From IMG/VR virus record IMGVR_UViG_3300042445_002020: 20,000 bases of DNA. One strand, given 5' to 3'. Every line of letters starts with the position of its first letter. The first letter of the stretch is position 1. The notes beneath the pieces were generated by a model. That model had not been told where the DNA came from. It did no database searches and saw only the letters and a program-made list of their open reading frames with translations. Made by a program: the position numbers and the translations under genes. Positions 1-8,580 of this stretch are shown in pieces. The DNA is from an uncultured virus (IMG/VR IMGVR_UViG_3300042445_002020) (lineage: Duplodnaviria > Heunggongvirae > Uroviricota > Caudoviricetes).

Positions 1-79
1 ATACGTTACGTAAACGATTATAACATTCTTGTGTTAAATCTAATTTATTGTAAACTGCCAATACGAAGGTTATGTTCAT
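1..79 (-). CDS. Glycosyltransferase family 2, N-terminal fragment (runs off the window)
   Basis: Hand translation MNITFVLAVYNKLDLTQECYNRLRNV... resembles the first strand and helix of GT-A/GT2. Its ATG (79-77) overlaps the TGA of the upstream gene (ATGA). Confidence 0.6.
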   Translation of the reverse strand, partial: MNITFVLAVYNKLDLTQECYNRLRNV

Positions 80-840
80 CTGTAAATTTTTGAAAATGTT
101 TGTAATGAAGATATTAAATCAAGGGATTTCATTACCTCGTATGTTATGGTTTTATTATATCCAGAATCTTTAATCGTTTTGGAAAAGTTCTTATGAAACT
201 CATCTTCTTTAATTACCACTAACTTTGGTTCAGATACGTGTATATGTTCAATATAATTAAAATACTCTACAAGTTCAACATTAGGGTCCACATTCTCCAA
301 TATAGAGTTGTGAGTGTCAATCATTGTCTTAATATTTTTTAACTCGTTAGAATCAATAAATTTAACAATATCACTAACCGTGTGAAAAAATTCACCACCG
401 TATGATGATGTGTTAGGTTCAATTAATACTTTAATATCTGTACCAATCAAGATATTATCCACATAGGTAAAGATTTCAATTAAGGAATCTTCCCATCCAT
501 TAGTTTTCTTTCTTAATCCTGGTGAACCAAACACCAATACCTTAACACCCAATAGTTTAGAATAATAAATTAACTTATCAAAATGTGATTTAATAACATC
601 AACATCGGTTATATCAACACATTTAACACCATAGAATAGTGATTGAATTGAGTATGGAATAATCCCATTGTCATCCAAATATTTTTTATAACTAACAATG
701 TCTTTGGTTTCTAATTCGGACCAGTCTTTAATTTTAGTTAAAACGGATTCAATATTATTAATACCATTCTCTTTTAAAGATTTAAATATAGTTTCGGAAT
801 CTTGGTTATCCCAAGCAAAATTACTTAACGCTAAATTCAT
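76..840 (-). CDS. Sugar phosphate isomerase/epimerase, xylose-isomerase-like TIM barrel (AP endonuclease 2 family)
   Basis: 254 aa with LVFGSP, IEPN, MIDTHN, HIHVSE and ITYE, giving the E-D-H-E metal-ligand pattern of this family. Confidence 0.8.
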   Translation of the reverse strand: MNLALSNFAWDNQDSETIFKSLKENGINNIESVLTKIKDWSELETKDIVSYKKYLDDNGIIPYSIQSLFYGVKCVDITDVDVIKSHFDKLIYYSKLLGVKVLVFGSPGLRKKTNGWEDSLIEIFTYVDNILIGTDIKVLIEPNTSSYGGEFFHTVSDIVKFIDSNELKNIKTMIDTHNSILENVDPNVELVEYFNYIEHIHVSEPKLVVIKEDEFHKNFSKTIKDSGYNKTITYEVMKSLDLISSLQTFSKIYR

Positions 841-1579
841 TGATAAATTGTTTTATTTCTTTTAATACGTTATGTTTATTCGAAATGTACCCACCAAATT
901 TGGTATGGTAATCATATGTCACTTTACTTCCATTTTGAACTTTATCTGTATATTCAGAAAATAACTCAACAATTTCTGATGTGTGTATTGGTTCCGTAAA
1001 TAAATTGAATACCACTTCCTCAGGGTACTCCGTTGAAAACTTATCTATGTCAGATTTTAGATTATCTAAATTATACCATTGGAAAAATGAATTTTGATTA
1101 ATTTGTTCCACGTTATTATTGTGTATTAAATCATATAAAACATTTTTCTTGATGTTTTTATTAAACAATGCTGGTAATCTGAATATTTTTAAATCATCTG
1201 TCTTCACCATTTCTTTAACCATCAATTCAAATATATAACGGTTATTACCGTAACTCAATTTACTGATATTAGGTGAATATGTTTCATCTGAAAAAATAGG
1301 AGAATCATTATAAACATCAATTGTTGAAATAAGAGTTACTTTAGAATATTTTAATATCGATATTGTCTCAATTATTTTATGAATATTATTCATATCATCC
1401 TTTAGATTCTTATTCACCATCCATTTCGTTGCGGGTAGACAAGTTAAGAACAACTCATCTCCGTTTTGTGCAAAGTCCGTAAATGTATCTAAATTTTTAC
1501 TGTTAAAAGTGTGGTCGTATGATTCACTTTCTAAAATAGTGGATCCAACAAGACCCGTGTTACCTATTATTAATTTCAT
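821..1579 (-). CDS. NAD(P)-binding SDR / nucleotide-sugar epimerase-reductase-like protein
   Basis: N-terminal IIGNTGLVG Rossmann motif, ISTIDVY, YGNNR (YxxxR in place of YxxxK), IFRLPALF. Confidence 0.75.
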   Translation of the reverse strand: MKLIIGNTGLVGSTILESESYDHTFNSKNLDTFTDFAQNGDELFLTCLPATKWMVNKNLKDDMNNIHKIIETISILKYSKVTLISTIDVYNDSPIFSDETYSPNISKLSYGNNRYIFELMVKEMVKTDDLKIFRLPALFNKNIKKNVLYDLIHNNNVEQINQNSFFQWYNLDNLKSDIDKFSTEYPEEVVFNLFTEPIHTSEIVELFSEYTDKVQNGSKVTYDYHTKFGGYISNKHNVLKEIKQFINEFSVK

Positions 1580-2549
1580 TTTGTATGTATTTTTCGATTA
1601 TATAAATTCCTTGTATTTTACCCGTAAAGCAGTTTATTATGTTACCGTCCTTGGAAATCACTGGATATCTTTCATCGGAGGTACTAACAATTTTAGATTT
1701 TGTTGATAAAAAATAACCATTATATTCATAATGGGATAAAAAATCAGGTAAATAATGTTTAACTTTCTTTTCCATTAGAATCAATTTTTTATTAACAAAA
1801 TCTTGATCGATGGTTTTTATGTAATTTTTTAATTTTCTAACACTACTAAATTTTTTTACTGGAGTATGTTCCACATCAGTTAGCGTATATATATCGTCTT
1901 TATATGGGTATATTGAAAAGAACTCACCATCTACCATAGTTAACGCGTCAAAATTTGTATGTTTTATTTTTTTATATAATAAAGAAATTGTTAATTCATA
2001 AAAAGAATTTTTACAAGTGGAATGTTTAATATGGTTATTTGTTGCGTTAATAACTAAATCGTATTCTTTGGATATTCTACCCAACTCTTTTTTATCTATA
2101 TTAATATTGGTTGTTATATTTTTTAATTTATCATTAAAAAACTTATGTGCCTTATCGAAATCAATATGTCTTTCATTAGTATTCACACAACCCTCAACAT
2201 CCTCAAATTTTATATCGGATAATTCTTTATCAAACTCACGGAATATTTGAAGATAAGTTACATAATCGATAACGGATTTAGTGTTGGGAACACAATATAA
2301 ATTATTTGGAACCTCCTTCGTTAAAAAACCATAATCAGACATAAACTGATTAAATGTATTTTTACACATTTGTCTGGTTTTATTGTTTCTGGCATAGTGA
2401 AATCCTAAATGTAATCTATTTTGATTATTATAAGAAGTTTCAGTAAATAACAAATTATTTTTGTCAAACAAAGTTACATTGTGATTACCTTTTAACTTAT
2501 ATGCTAAATGACATCCCACCCAACCACCTCCAATAATTGCAATTTTCAT
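1560..2549 (-). CDS. FAD-dependent oxidoreductase (DAO-like)
   Basis: Likely start is ATG 2549 (TAATG overlap with the upstream stop). MKIAIIGGGWVG is a dinucleotide-binding motif; also TSYNNQNRLHLGFHY and C-terminal TGKI. Confidence 0.8.
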   Translation of the reverse strand: MKIAIIGGGWVGCHLAYKLKGNHNVTLFDKNNLLFTETSYNNQNRLHLGFHYARNNKTRQMCKNTFNQFMSDYGFLTKEVPNNLYCVPNTKSVIDYVTYLQIFREFDKELSDIKFEDVEGCVNTNERHIDFDKAHKFFNDKLKNITTNINIDKKELGRISKEYDLVINATNNHIKHSTCKNSFYELTISLLYKKIKHTNFDALTMVDGEFFSIYPYKDDIYTLTDVEHTPVKKFSSVRKLKNYIKTIDQDFVNKKLILMEKKVKHYLPDFLSHYEYNGYFLSTKSKIVSTSDERYPVISKDGNIINCFTGKIQGIYIIEKYIQNEINNR

Positions 2550-3211
2550 TAAATTGTTCTTTGTAATATTGGTGATTGGCCCCAATTGGATTTATTTTTA
2601 TATAGGTCTAATGAAAAGTAATATTCAGTTCTTCTTTGTGTATTAGTACCAAACCAATTATCATTATCCGCAACCTCCCATCTAGCATCATCATTATAAA
2701 TTAGTGGCATTGGTTCTGTCATCCACATAATGTAATCTTCATATGGAACACCCCAATTTTTCCAATGATTCATTGACTCTTCAGAATAATCGGTATTTCT
2801 AATTGACATTATTTTTTCTTTAACTGACAATAAGTAATCATACTTATATGTACCCATAGTCATTGCGGGTTTATTATTCAAAGAAAGTTTAATAGCACCT
2901 TCGGGAATGTTATATAATAATTTTTTAAAATCTGGTCCAAATTTACAAGTGTCATGTACGAGGAACCAATATTCAGATTCCAATTGCTTATCGACAATCT
3001 CAATAAGCGGACTATACTCATATGAATTGTGGTCTAATCTATGGTGATGAATACCATCAATTACTTGGTACTCGTAATTATCAAATCCAGCATTAAATAC
3101 ATGTATATTGTCACGTTCAATACCTCTCTCAATTAAAGATGGAATTATAATTGGTAGTGTTGATTTATAAAAATTTATATTTGTTGCTATTGCTATTTTA
3201 ATTGTGTACAT
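2549..3211 (-). CDS. Hypothetical protein, possibly GT-A-like glycosyltransferase
   Basis: 220 aa, coupled on both sides in the GT operon. YWFLVHDTC lies where a DxD-like motif would be expected. Weak assignment. Confidence 0.45.
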   Translation of the reverse strand: MYTIKIAIATNINFYKSTLPIIIPSLIERGIERDNIHVFNAGFDNYEYQVIDGIHHHRLDHNSYEYSPLIEIVDKQLESEYWFLVHDTCKFGPDFKKLLYNIPEGAIKLSLNNKPAMTMGTYKYDYLLSVKEKIMSIRNTDYSEESMNHWKNWGVPYEDYIMWMTEPMPLIYNDDARWEVADNDNWFGTNTQRRTEYYFSLDLYKNKSNWGQSPILQRTI

Positions 3212-3782
3212 ATAGTGTTTTTGGTAAATAAATTATGCTTGACGGGAATTTAGTAACATACTCTTCAATGAATAACCAATCCGATTGTGCAATGGTGGTG
3301 TCTAATTTTAATTGTTTCGCGAATTTAGTTTTAGAAGCAAAATTACCAATATCAATTCTACCGTATTTAACCATGGATTTTACATGAATATACTCAAAAT
3401 TTACCCAATTGTGAACCATATCACAAAAAATAAAATTAGATTCAGGATGTTCATTTGTTGCGGATAAAAAATTATCAACAAAAACAGGGACATAATAATT
3501 ATCTTCGCCGGTCATAACAACCCATTCTTCTGTGGCTAATTCTAAACCTATATTTCTAGGTGTATGCCCCCAATCATTATGTCTTTCGGGTAAAATAGTA
3601 AATCTTATTCTTTCATCATCCTTAAAGTATTTCATAATTTTATCTAACGTACCTTGTGGTGGGCAGTCTGCAATAACATGTGCCACCCATTCGTTACTTG
3701 TTTGCGCACATAAAGAATTCAATAAACACATTAAGTGATCTGGTCTATTATATGTTGGTATTATAAATTCTATTTTGCTCAT
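3198..3782 (-). CDS. Glycosyltransferase family 2
   Basis: IEFIIPTYNR start, RNIGLELATEEWV, GEDNYY (DxD-like) and SDWLF. Confidence 0.85.
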   Translation of the reverse strand: MSKIEFIIPTYNRPDHLMCLLNSLCAQTSNEWVAHVIADCPPQGTLDKIMKYFKDDERIRFTILPERHNDWGHTPRNIGLELATEEWVVMTGEDNYYVPVFVDNFLSATNEHPESNFIFCDMVHNWVNFEYIHVKSMVKYGRIDIGNFASKTKFAKQLKLDTTIAQSDWLFIEEYVTKFPSSIIYLPKTLYVHN

Positions 3783-3784
3783 AA

Positions 3785-4516
3785 TTAATTTCTTTTATCA
3801 AATAACATGTACCAATTCCAACTTGTTATTAATTTATCATCCATTTCAGATTCAGAACTTTCTTTAGGTGAATAATTACATTTTAGTGGTGATTCATAAA
3901 GACCACTAATTTGAAATCCATGTGTATACATAAAATATACAAAATTATCATAATCAAATAAACCCTTATAAATAAATGTGTGCCCCATTCTCCAATTAGG
4001 AACGCTTACAAACATTTTACCACCATTTTTTACAAGTTTATAACATTCTTGAACAACAATTGACGGGTTATATATGTGTTCCAAAAAATCATTTGTAATT
4101 AAAAAATCATAATCATTTGACAAATCATTGGTGTCAAATGAATTCATCAAATCTTTTACAAAAAAATTACCTTTATAATTTCTATCTTGAAATATTTTTT
4201 GGGCTCCTGGTTGATCGATAAATGTGTAATCTAAATCAATAGATTTATCAATTATTTTTTGACCTAATAATCCGGGACCCGAACCTAACTCTATGATTTT
4301 TTTAAAGTTATTTTCATTAACAATTTTACACAATATATTTGACTCATATTCATATCTTTCTTGCCAAGTTGGTATATCAATTCTGCATTCAATGTCAACT
4401 AAATTTAGTTCGGTTTTTTCATTGACCCATTCATTGTCATTTTCAAATTGATGTTTATATTGTTCATTTTTAAAAAATGTAACGTCGTGTTCACCATTTG
4501 TTCTAAAGATTGCCAT
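3785..4516 (-). CDS. Class I SAM-dependent methyltransferase
   Basis: IIELGSGPG motif I, YDFLITNDFLEHI, and LVKNGGKMFVSVPN, typical of glycan-cluster methyltransferases. Confidence 0.85.
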   Translation of the reverse strand: MAIFRTNGEHDVTFFKNEQYKHQFENDNEWVNEKTELNLVDIECRIDIPTWQERYEYESNILCKIVNENNFKKIIELGSGPGLLGQKIIDKSIDLDYTFIDQPGAQKIFQDRNYKGNFFVKDLMNSFDTNDLSNDYDFLITNDFLEHIYNPSIVVQECYKLVKNGGKMFVSVPNWRMGHTFIYKGLFDYDNFVYFMYTHGFQISGLYESPLKCNYSPKESSESEMDDKLITSWNWYMLFDKRN

Positions 4517-4519
4517 AAG

Positions 4520-5140
4520 TTAAATTGTTTTATAAAAATTGTTTTGTTTTTCTTGACGTTCTATTGTCTTATGGTGTTGTATACAATAATCGTCGTCATC
4601 GGTTGGTAATGATGAAAATTTTTGACCACCTAAAATTCGTTCGTGAACCTTACCATACCAACTCATTCCTTTCTTATAGATTCTTCCCTGTGCATCAGGA
4701 TAGTTAACCCATCCCTTATTGTTTACATTCCACCCCCACTTTTTAATATGTTCATCGGTTAAACCTTGAACTGTATTAATTCTTGGAACAAATATTAAGT
4801 CCACACCAGGATTCATTTCTAATATTTGATGTAAGTTTTGTACCATATACTCACTAATCATTTCATCTGCATCAAGTTGGTAAATGTAATTACCTTTACA
4901 ATAACCATTTAATATGTTTTTAAAATCTGCAAAATTATTATTCCAATCAAAACATTTCCACGTTTGAACATTGGGTAATTTATTGTATGGTAATAAGAAA
5001 TCTAATACTTCAGGGTTACCATTTTTTTCATCATATAGAATCACAATCTCGTCTTGAGCTCTCTTGTGTTTCAATATGAATGGTACCAACTTCTTGATTT
5101 CCTCCAACTCGTTGCAAACTGTTATCGCAAAACTTATCAT
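4520..5140 (-). CDS. Glycosyltransferase family 2
   Basis: MISFAITVCNE (start 5140; alternative start 5158), NFADFKN, LDADE (DxD), YPDAQGR and KVHE. Confidence 0.85.
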   Translation of the reverse strand: MISFAITVCNELEEIKKLVPFILKHKRAQDEIVILYDEKNGNPEVLDFLLPYNKLPNVQTWKCFDWNNNFADFKNILNGYCKGNYIYQLDADEMISEYMVQNLHQILEMNPGVDLIFVPRINTVQGLTDEHIKKWGWNVNNKGWVNYPDAQGRIYKKGMSWYGKVHERILGGQKFSSLPTDDDDYCIQHHKTIERQEKQNNFYKTI

Positions 5141-5231
5141 ATTTCTTTTTGTTTTCATTTATTGTTAATTCCTCACACCTCCAACACCACTCTTTATTTT
5201 CCGTATCCCAAATATGTCTTTCACATTTCAT
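5031..5231 (-). CDS. Small Cys/His protein, possible zinc ribbon
   Basis: ATG overlaps the upstream TGA (ATGA). N-terminus CERH-x9-CWRC. The 3' half overlaps the GT2 gene in another frame. Confidence 0.5.
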   Translation of the reverse strand: MKCERHIWDTENKEWCWRCEELTINENKKKYDKFCDNSLQRVGGNQEVGTIHIETQESSRRDCDSI

Positions 5232-5479
5232 GCTCTATTATCTCCTATATTCATCCACCAATCAAGATAATTAAAATTATCACCACCATTTATTTTTCTT
5301 GTTAGTCTTTCTATTATATCCTCATCAATACTTCTTGAAATTTCTTCCGACATCACTCTAATTAATTCTGCTTCAACATCGACACGTCTTTCATTAAAAC
5401 CATCAAGATCCCAAACCGCACGAAGTCTTCTAGCCCCCTTTTTTGATATCCCATGAAAAAATTTAAATTCACTAACCAT
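5228..5479 (-). CDS. Small protein (83 aa) resembling a segment of a T4 gp23-type major capsid protein
   Basis: Likely start ATG 5479 (MVSEFKFFHG). RRLRAVW...VDVEAELIRVMSEEISRSIDEDIIERL matches by eye the gp23 pattern RxLxAx[YW]...D[AV][DE]AELxxxLxxEIxxEI[ND]xE[IV][IV]. Confidence 0.6.
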   Translation of the reverse strand: MVSEFKFFHGISKKGARRLRAVWDLDGFNERRVDVEAELIRVMSEEISRSIDEDIIERLTRKINGGDNFNYLDWWMNIGDNRA

Positions 5480-5732
5480 TTTGTCTCTCCCTCGCAAATA
5501 ATTTAAACTCTCTACCATTATTGTTGAATGCAATATTACTATCTGAAGTTGGACTTAATTGGATTGAACATTCATTAGGACCTGTGGCAAAGACAACCGG
5601 TTCTTCCTCATCAAATTGAAAACAAAACTCAACATCTTCAGAAATAAACATTGGTCGAGTTAACGTTAATAGTTGTGTTGGTTCCAATTCTAAAAACAAG
5701 TTAGTCTTCCCTTGAAAAAATTTAAAGTTCAT
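5472..5732 (-). CDS. Hypothetical protein (acidic, probably beta-rich)
   Basis: ATG 5732 (or GTG 5735) directly after the GT4 stop. Its stop overlaps the next start. N-terminus is MNFKFFQG. Confidence 0.65.
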   Translation of the reverse strand: MNFKFFQGKTNLFLELEPTQLLTLTRPMFISEDVEFCFQFDEEEPVVFATGPNECSIQLSPTSDSNIAFNNNGREFKLFARERQNG

Positions 5733-5736
5733 CACC

Positions 5737-6984
5737 TTATTTTATTTTAGTAAGTTTAGGTAGTATAAGTTTTTGTTCTTTTGGTTGTACTGAGAATGGA
5801 TTAATAATATCTTTAAACTTTTCTTTCATTTTTTCCATTGAGAATTTTTCTTTATTCTCATCACCCAACATCATAGACTTCTCTAAAAATTTATCGTAGT
5901 CTTTATAAACCAATTTAAAAACTTCAGTCACTTCGTTGTAGTTTGCGGTAAACCATTTAGAATCTTTCAATATAAAAGTATCAACCGCACTTTCATGAAC
6001 CTCGGTTAATTTACCACCAATCATAATTGCTTTATCCATTGGTAGGAAATCCTTATGTCCTGACCAGTTTGATGCAATTACGGGTTTACCTGTCATTGTA
6101 AATTCTAATAAAGGTCTACCAAACCCTTCACCTTTTGTAATCGTTACCATTGATTTAACTTTAGGATGATTATATAAATTATTCATCTCATCATTAGTTA
6201 AATCACCAAACAACAAATAGATTGACGGTGGATTTTTATAATCACTCACTAACCCTTCTATCTTCTTTCTAAAACTTTCTCTTTCTTTAATTGAGAACGA
6301 TGCGGATGATGTTTTAAGGATAAGTGCGGGTCTATCTTCAACATCTTTAAATGCTTCTGCGAAACATCTAATCAACATACCAACATCTTTTCTATCTTGA
6401 CCTGTGTCACCCTTTAACCAATGACCAACAAACAAGTAAGCAAAATCTTCTTTGATGTCAATGTCAATATTGTTATAAACGTTGTTGTATATTTTGGTAT
6501 CAACACCTTCAAATAGAACTTCAATTTGTCTTTCAATCTTATGTTGTTTAATTAACTTACCAGTATTTTGTTCATTCTCATTGTAAACTGTTTGTAACAA
6601 AACATCTTTTGAAAACGTGGACGTTGTAATGATTAAATCCATTCTATTACAACCATCAATCCAATCCTTAGGTGCAATAGTCGTTTCAATGCCAGCAGTA
6701 ATCCCGATATTAAATTTACCAACTCTTTGGAATTCATTTGGAACAGTTACTTGAACGTAAATGTCTGGTGTTTTTTCTAATTGATTAACAATATTAGACT
6801 CAATCCATTTATGAAATAAATTATCTTCCAATGCCGTCATCGGGGTTGAACCCCACATACAACTATCAATCTTGATTTCAAACAAATCCATTTCATAAAG
6901 TGCTTGTAACAAATCTCTTGAGTGGGCACCATATCCACTTCTTGTTTTAACTGGTCCTCTAAATAATAAAAATGGTTTGTTCAT
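5737..6984 (-). CDS. Glycosyltransferase family 4 (GT-B)
   Basis: SGYGAHSR, FEGVD, YLFVGHW, DRKDVG and GEGFGRPLLE...PVIASNWSGH (GT4 ExFGxxxxE motif). Confidence 0.9.
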   Translation of the reverse strand: MNKPFLLFRGPVKTRSGYGAHSRDLLQALYEMDLFEIKIDSCMWGSTPMTALEDNLFHKWIESNIVNQLEKTPDIYVQVTVPNEFQRVGKFNIGITAGIETTIAPKDWIDGCNRMDLIITTSTFSKDVLLQTVYNENEQNTGKLIKQHKIERQIEVLFEGVDTKIYNNVYNNIDIDIKEDFAYLFVGHWLKGDTGQDRKDVGMLIRCFAEAFKDVEDRPALILKTSSASFSIKERESFRKKIEGLVSDYKNPPSIYLLFGDLTNDEMNNLYNHPKVKSMVTITKGEGFGRPLLEFTMTGKPVIASNWSGHKDFLPMDKAIMIGGKLTEVHESAVDTFILKDSKWFTANYNEVTEVFKLVYKDYDKFLEKSMMLGDENKEKFSMEKMKEKFKDIINPFSVQPKEQKLILPKLTKIK

Positions 6985-6985
6985 A

Positions 6986-8347
6986 TTATATAATCTTGTA
7001 TAAATTAAATTTACTTCTTGGTTTAAAATTCTCTAAGGTTTGTTCAATACCCTCAATCATTTTATCACACATTATTTTATTTGATAGATTGTTAATCATA
7101 AACTTCCTACCCTTTAATCCTTTTTCTTTTCTTTTCTTCTTACCAATTTTATACATCTCCATGATGGCATTTGCAACATCATTGTCATTAACTCTATCGT
7201 CAAAGATATATGGTGTTGGTACCGAACCATTCAAATTAATAGCTGACGACCAAACAGGTTCAACCCAGTCACCATGATTTATGTTACCATGTACTTCTTT
7301 ATTGTGAAGTGTACCTACATTAATGTAATCATCTTCTGTATAATCAAATCCACATTGGTCTTGTAAACCACCAGTAACATTAACAATGATTGGTACGCCT
7401 GCCATTAAACTCTCAGCAGTTGTTAATCCAAATCCTTCATTGTTTGCAATGTTAATCGTACAATCAACACCATTGTAAATTTCATTTAATTTATCTTGTT
7501 CCAATTTTAAATTGGTGAACTTAACGTCGTAATCTTTACAAACAGCATCAATTACAGCAGGTAAGTCGGTACCATTCTCATCAACAGGATTCGTGTGCAT
7601 TAGTAACAAACACTTATCCGCCTTTTCTTTTGGTAACATATCACAGAACAATCTAAATGAATAAATCACATCACTTGGTTGTTTCCTTCTAATGTTTCTG
7701 CTGTTAAAGAATAAAACAAAATCATATTTCTTATCACCATGAATTAAATTATTAATATCATCCGATATTCTATCCAATGGTTTAAATAAATCAGGATTAA
7801 TACCATGAGGAACATAACTAATTTGCCAATCCTTTAGTGGATTAAATGTTACTTTATCAGTTCTCTTACCAACACGATGTACGATACCATACGTTTGTTT
7901 AGATATACAACCCAACCAATCACAAGATTCAAAAACATCTCTATTGTATTGTGGGTCCGGTAAATCATCCCATATATGATAAAATAATATTGGAGTGTGT
8001 CGTCTTATCTCATGCTCAACATCATATAACCACTGCCAATAATGTGGGTCAGTAAAGTGTAAAATGGCATCTGGTTTCTCATCGTCTATTAATTTACGAA
8101 GAATACCAACGTCACCATAACCATTATACGGAATAATTTTCAAATTAGCATCTTTAACACCGGTCCTTGTTCTAATATCGTCGTTAACATCAACAATTTT
8201 ACCGAACTCAGGATGTTTAATCGCTGCACCTAATTGTACCCAATCATATTTGTGAATGGTACCCATCACAATTTCTTTCGACATAGTGGCAATTCCGGAT
8301 GTCATCCTTAAATCGTCAGATAATAAAAGTATTTTTTTCTTCTTCAT
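6986..8347 (-). CDS. Glycosyltransferase family 4 (GT-B)
   Basis: Likely start ATG 8347 (MKKKKILLLSDD). TSGIA, VPHGIN, RNIRRK and NEGFGLTTAESLMAGVPII. Confidence 0.9.
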   Translation of the reverse strand: MKKKKILLLSDDLRMTSGIATMSKEIVMGTIHKYDWVQLGAAIKHPEFGKIVDVNDDIRTRTGVKDANLKIIPYNGYGDVGILRKLIDDEKPDAILHFTDPHYWQWLYDVEHEIRRHTPILFYHIWDDLPDPQYNRDVFESCDWLGCISKQTYGIVHRVGKRTDKVTFNPLKDWQISYVPHGINPDLFKPLDRISDDINNLIHGDKKYDFVLFFNSRNIRRKQPSDVIYSFRLFCDMLPKEKADKCLLLMHTNPVDENGTDLPAVIDAVCKDYDVKFTNLKLEQDKLNEIYNGVDCTINIANNEGFGLTTAESLMAGVPIIVNVTGGLQDQCGFDYTEDDYINVGTLHNKEVHGNINHGDWVEPVWSSAINLNGSVPTPYIFDDRVNDNDVANAIMEMYKIGKKKRKEKGLKGRKFMINNLSNKIMCDKMIEGIEQTLENFKPRSKFNLYKII

Positions 8348-8348
8348 A

Positions 8349-8546
8349 TTAAAATTTAGATCCTGTCGTCGCCAATCCAACGTGATTGTTTATTGTACTT
8401 CTAAAGTTTTCATCTTTATTGTATAAATCCATAGAACGATTCACTAATTTTTGTAAATTAATAGAACCCTCAATCGATTTAGTTTTAAATTTTTTGTAAA
8501 CATCATCCAATATATTGACGCTTGTTAGTTTTTGTTCTGTTTTCAT
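8349..8546 (-). CDS. Small protein, probably ribbon-helix-helix DNA-binding; first gene of the glycosylation operon
   Basis: Start ATG 8546, 65 aa. LTSVNI strand followed by two amphipathic helices (DDVYKKFKTKS, NLQKLVNRSMDLY). The fold is inferred. Confidence 0.55.
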   Translation of the reverse strand: MKTEQKLTSVNILDDVYKKFKTKSIEGSINLQKLVNRSMDLYNKDENFRSTINNHVGLATTGSKF

Positions 8547-8580
8547 GTTTATAATATATAAAATTATATATATCAAGTAT

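Noticed and set aside
1509..7277. Plus-strand ORFs 1509-1706, 2017-2250, 3532-3738, 4525-4707, 5054-5305 and 6972-7277
   Set aside because: Antisense shadows of well-supported minus-strand genes, with no recognisable motifs.
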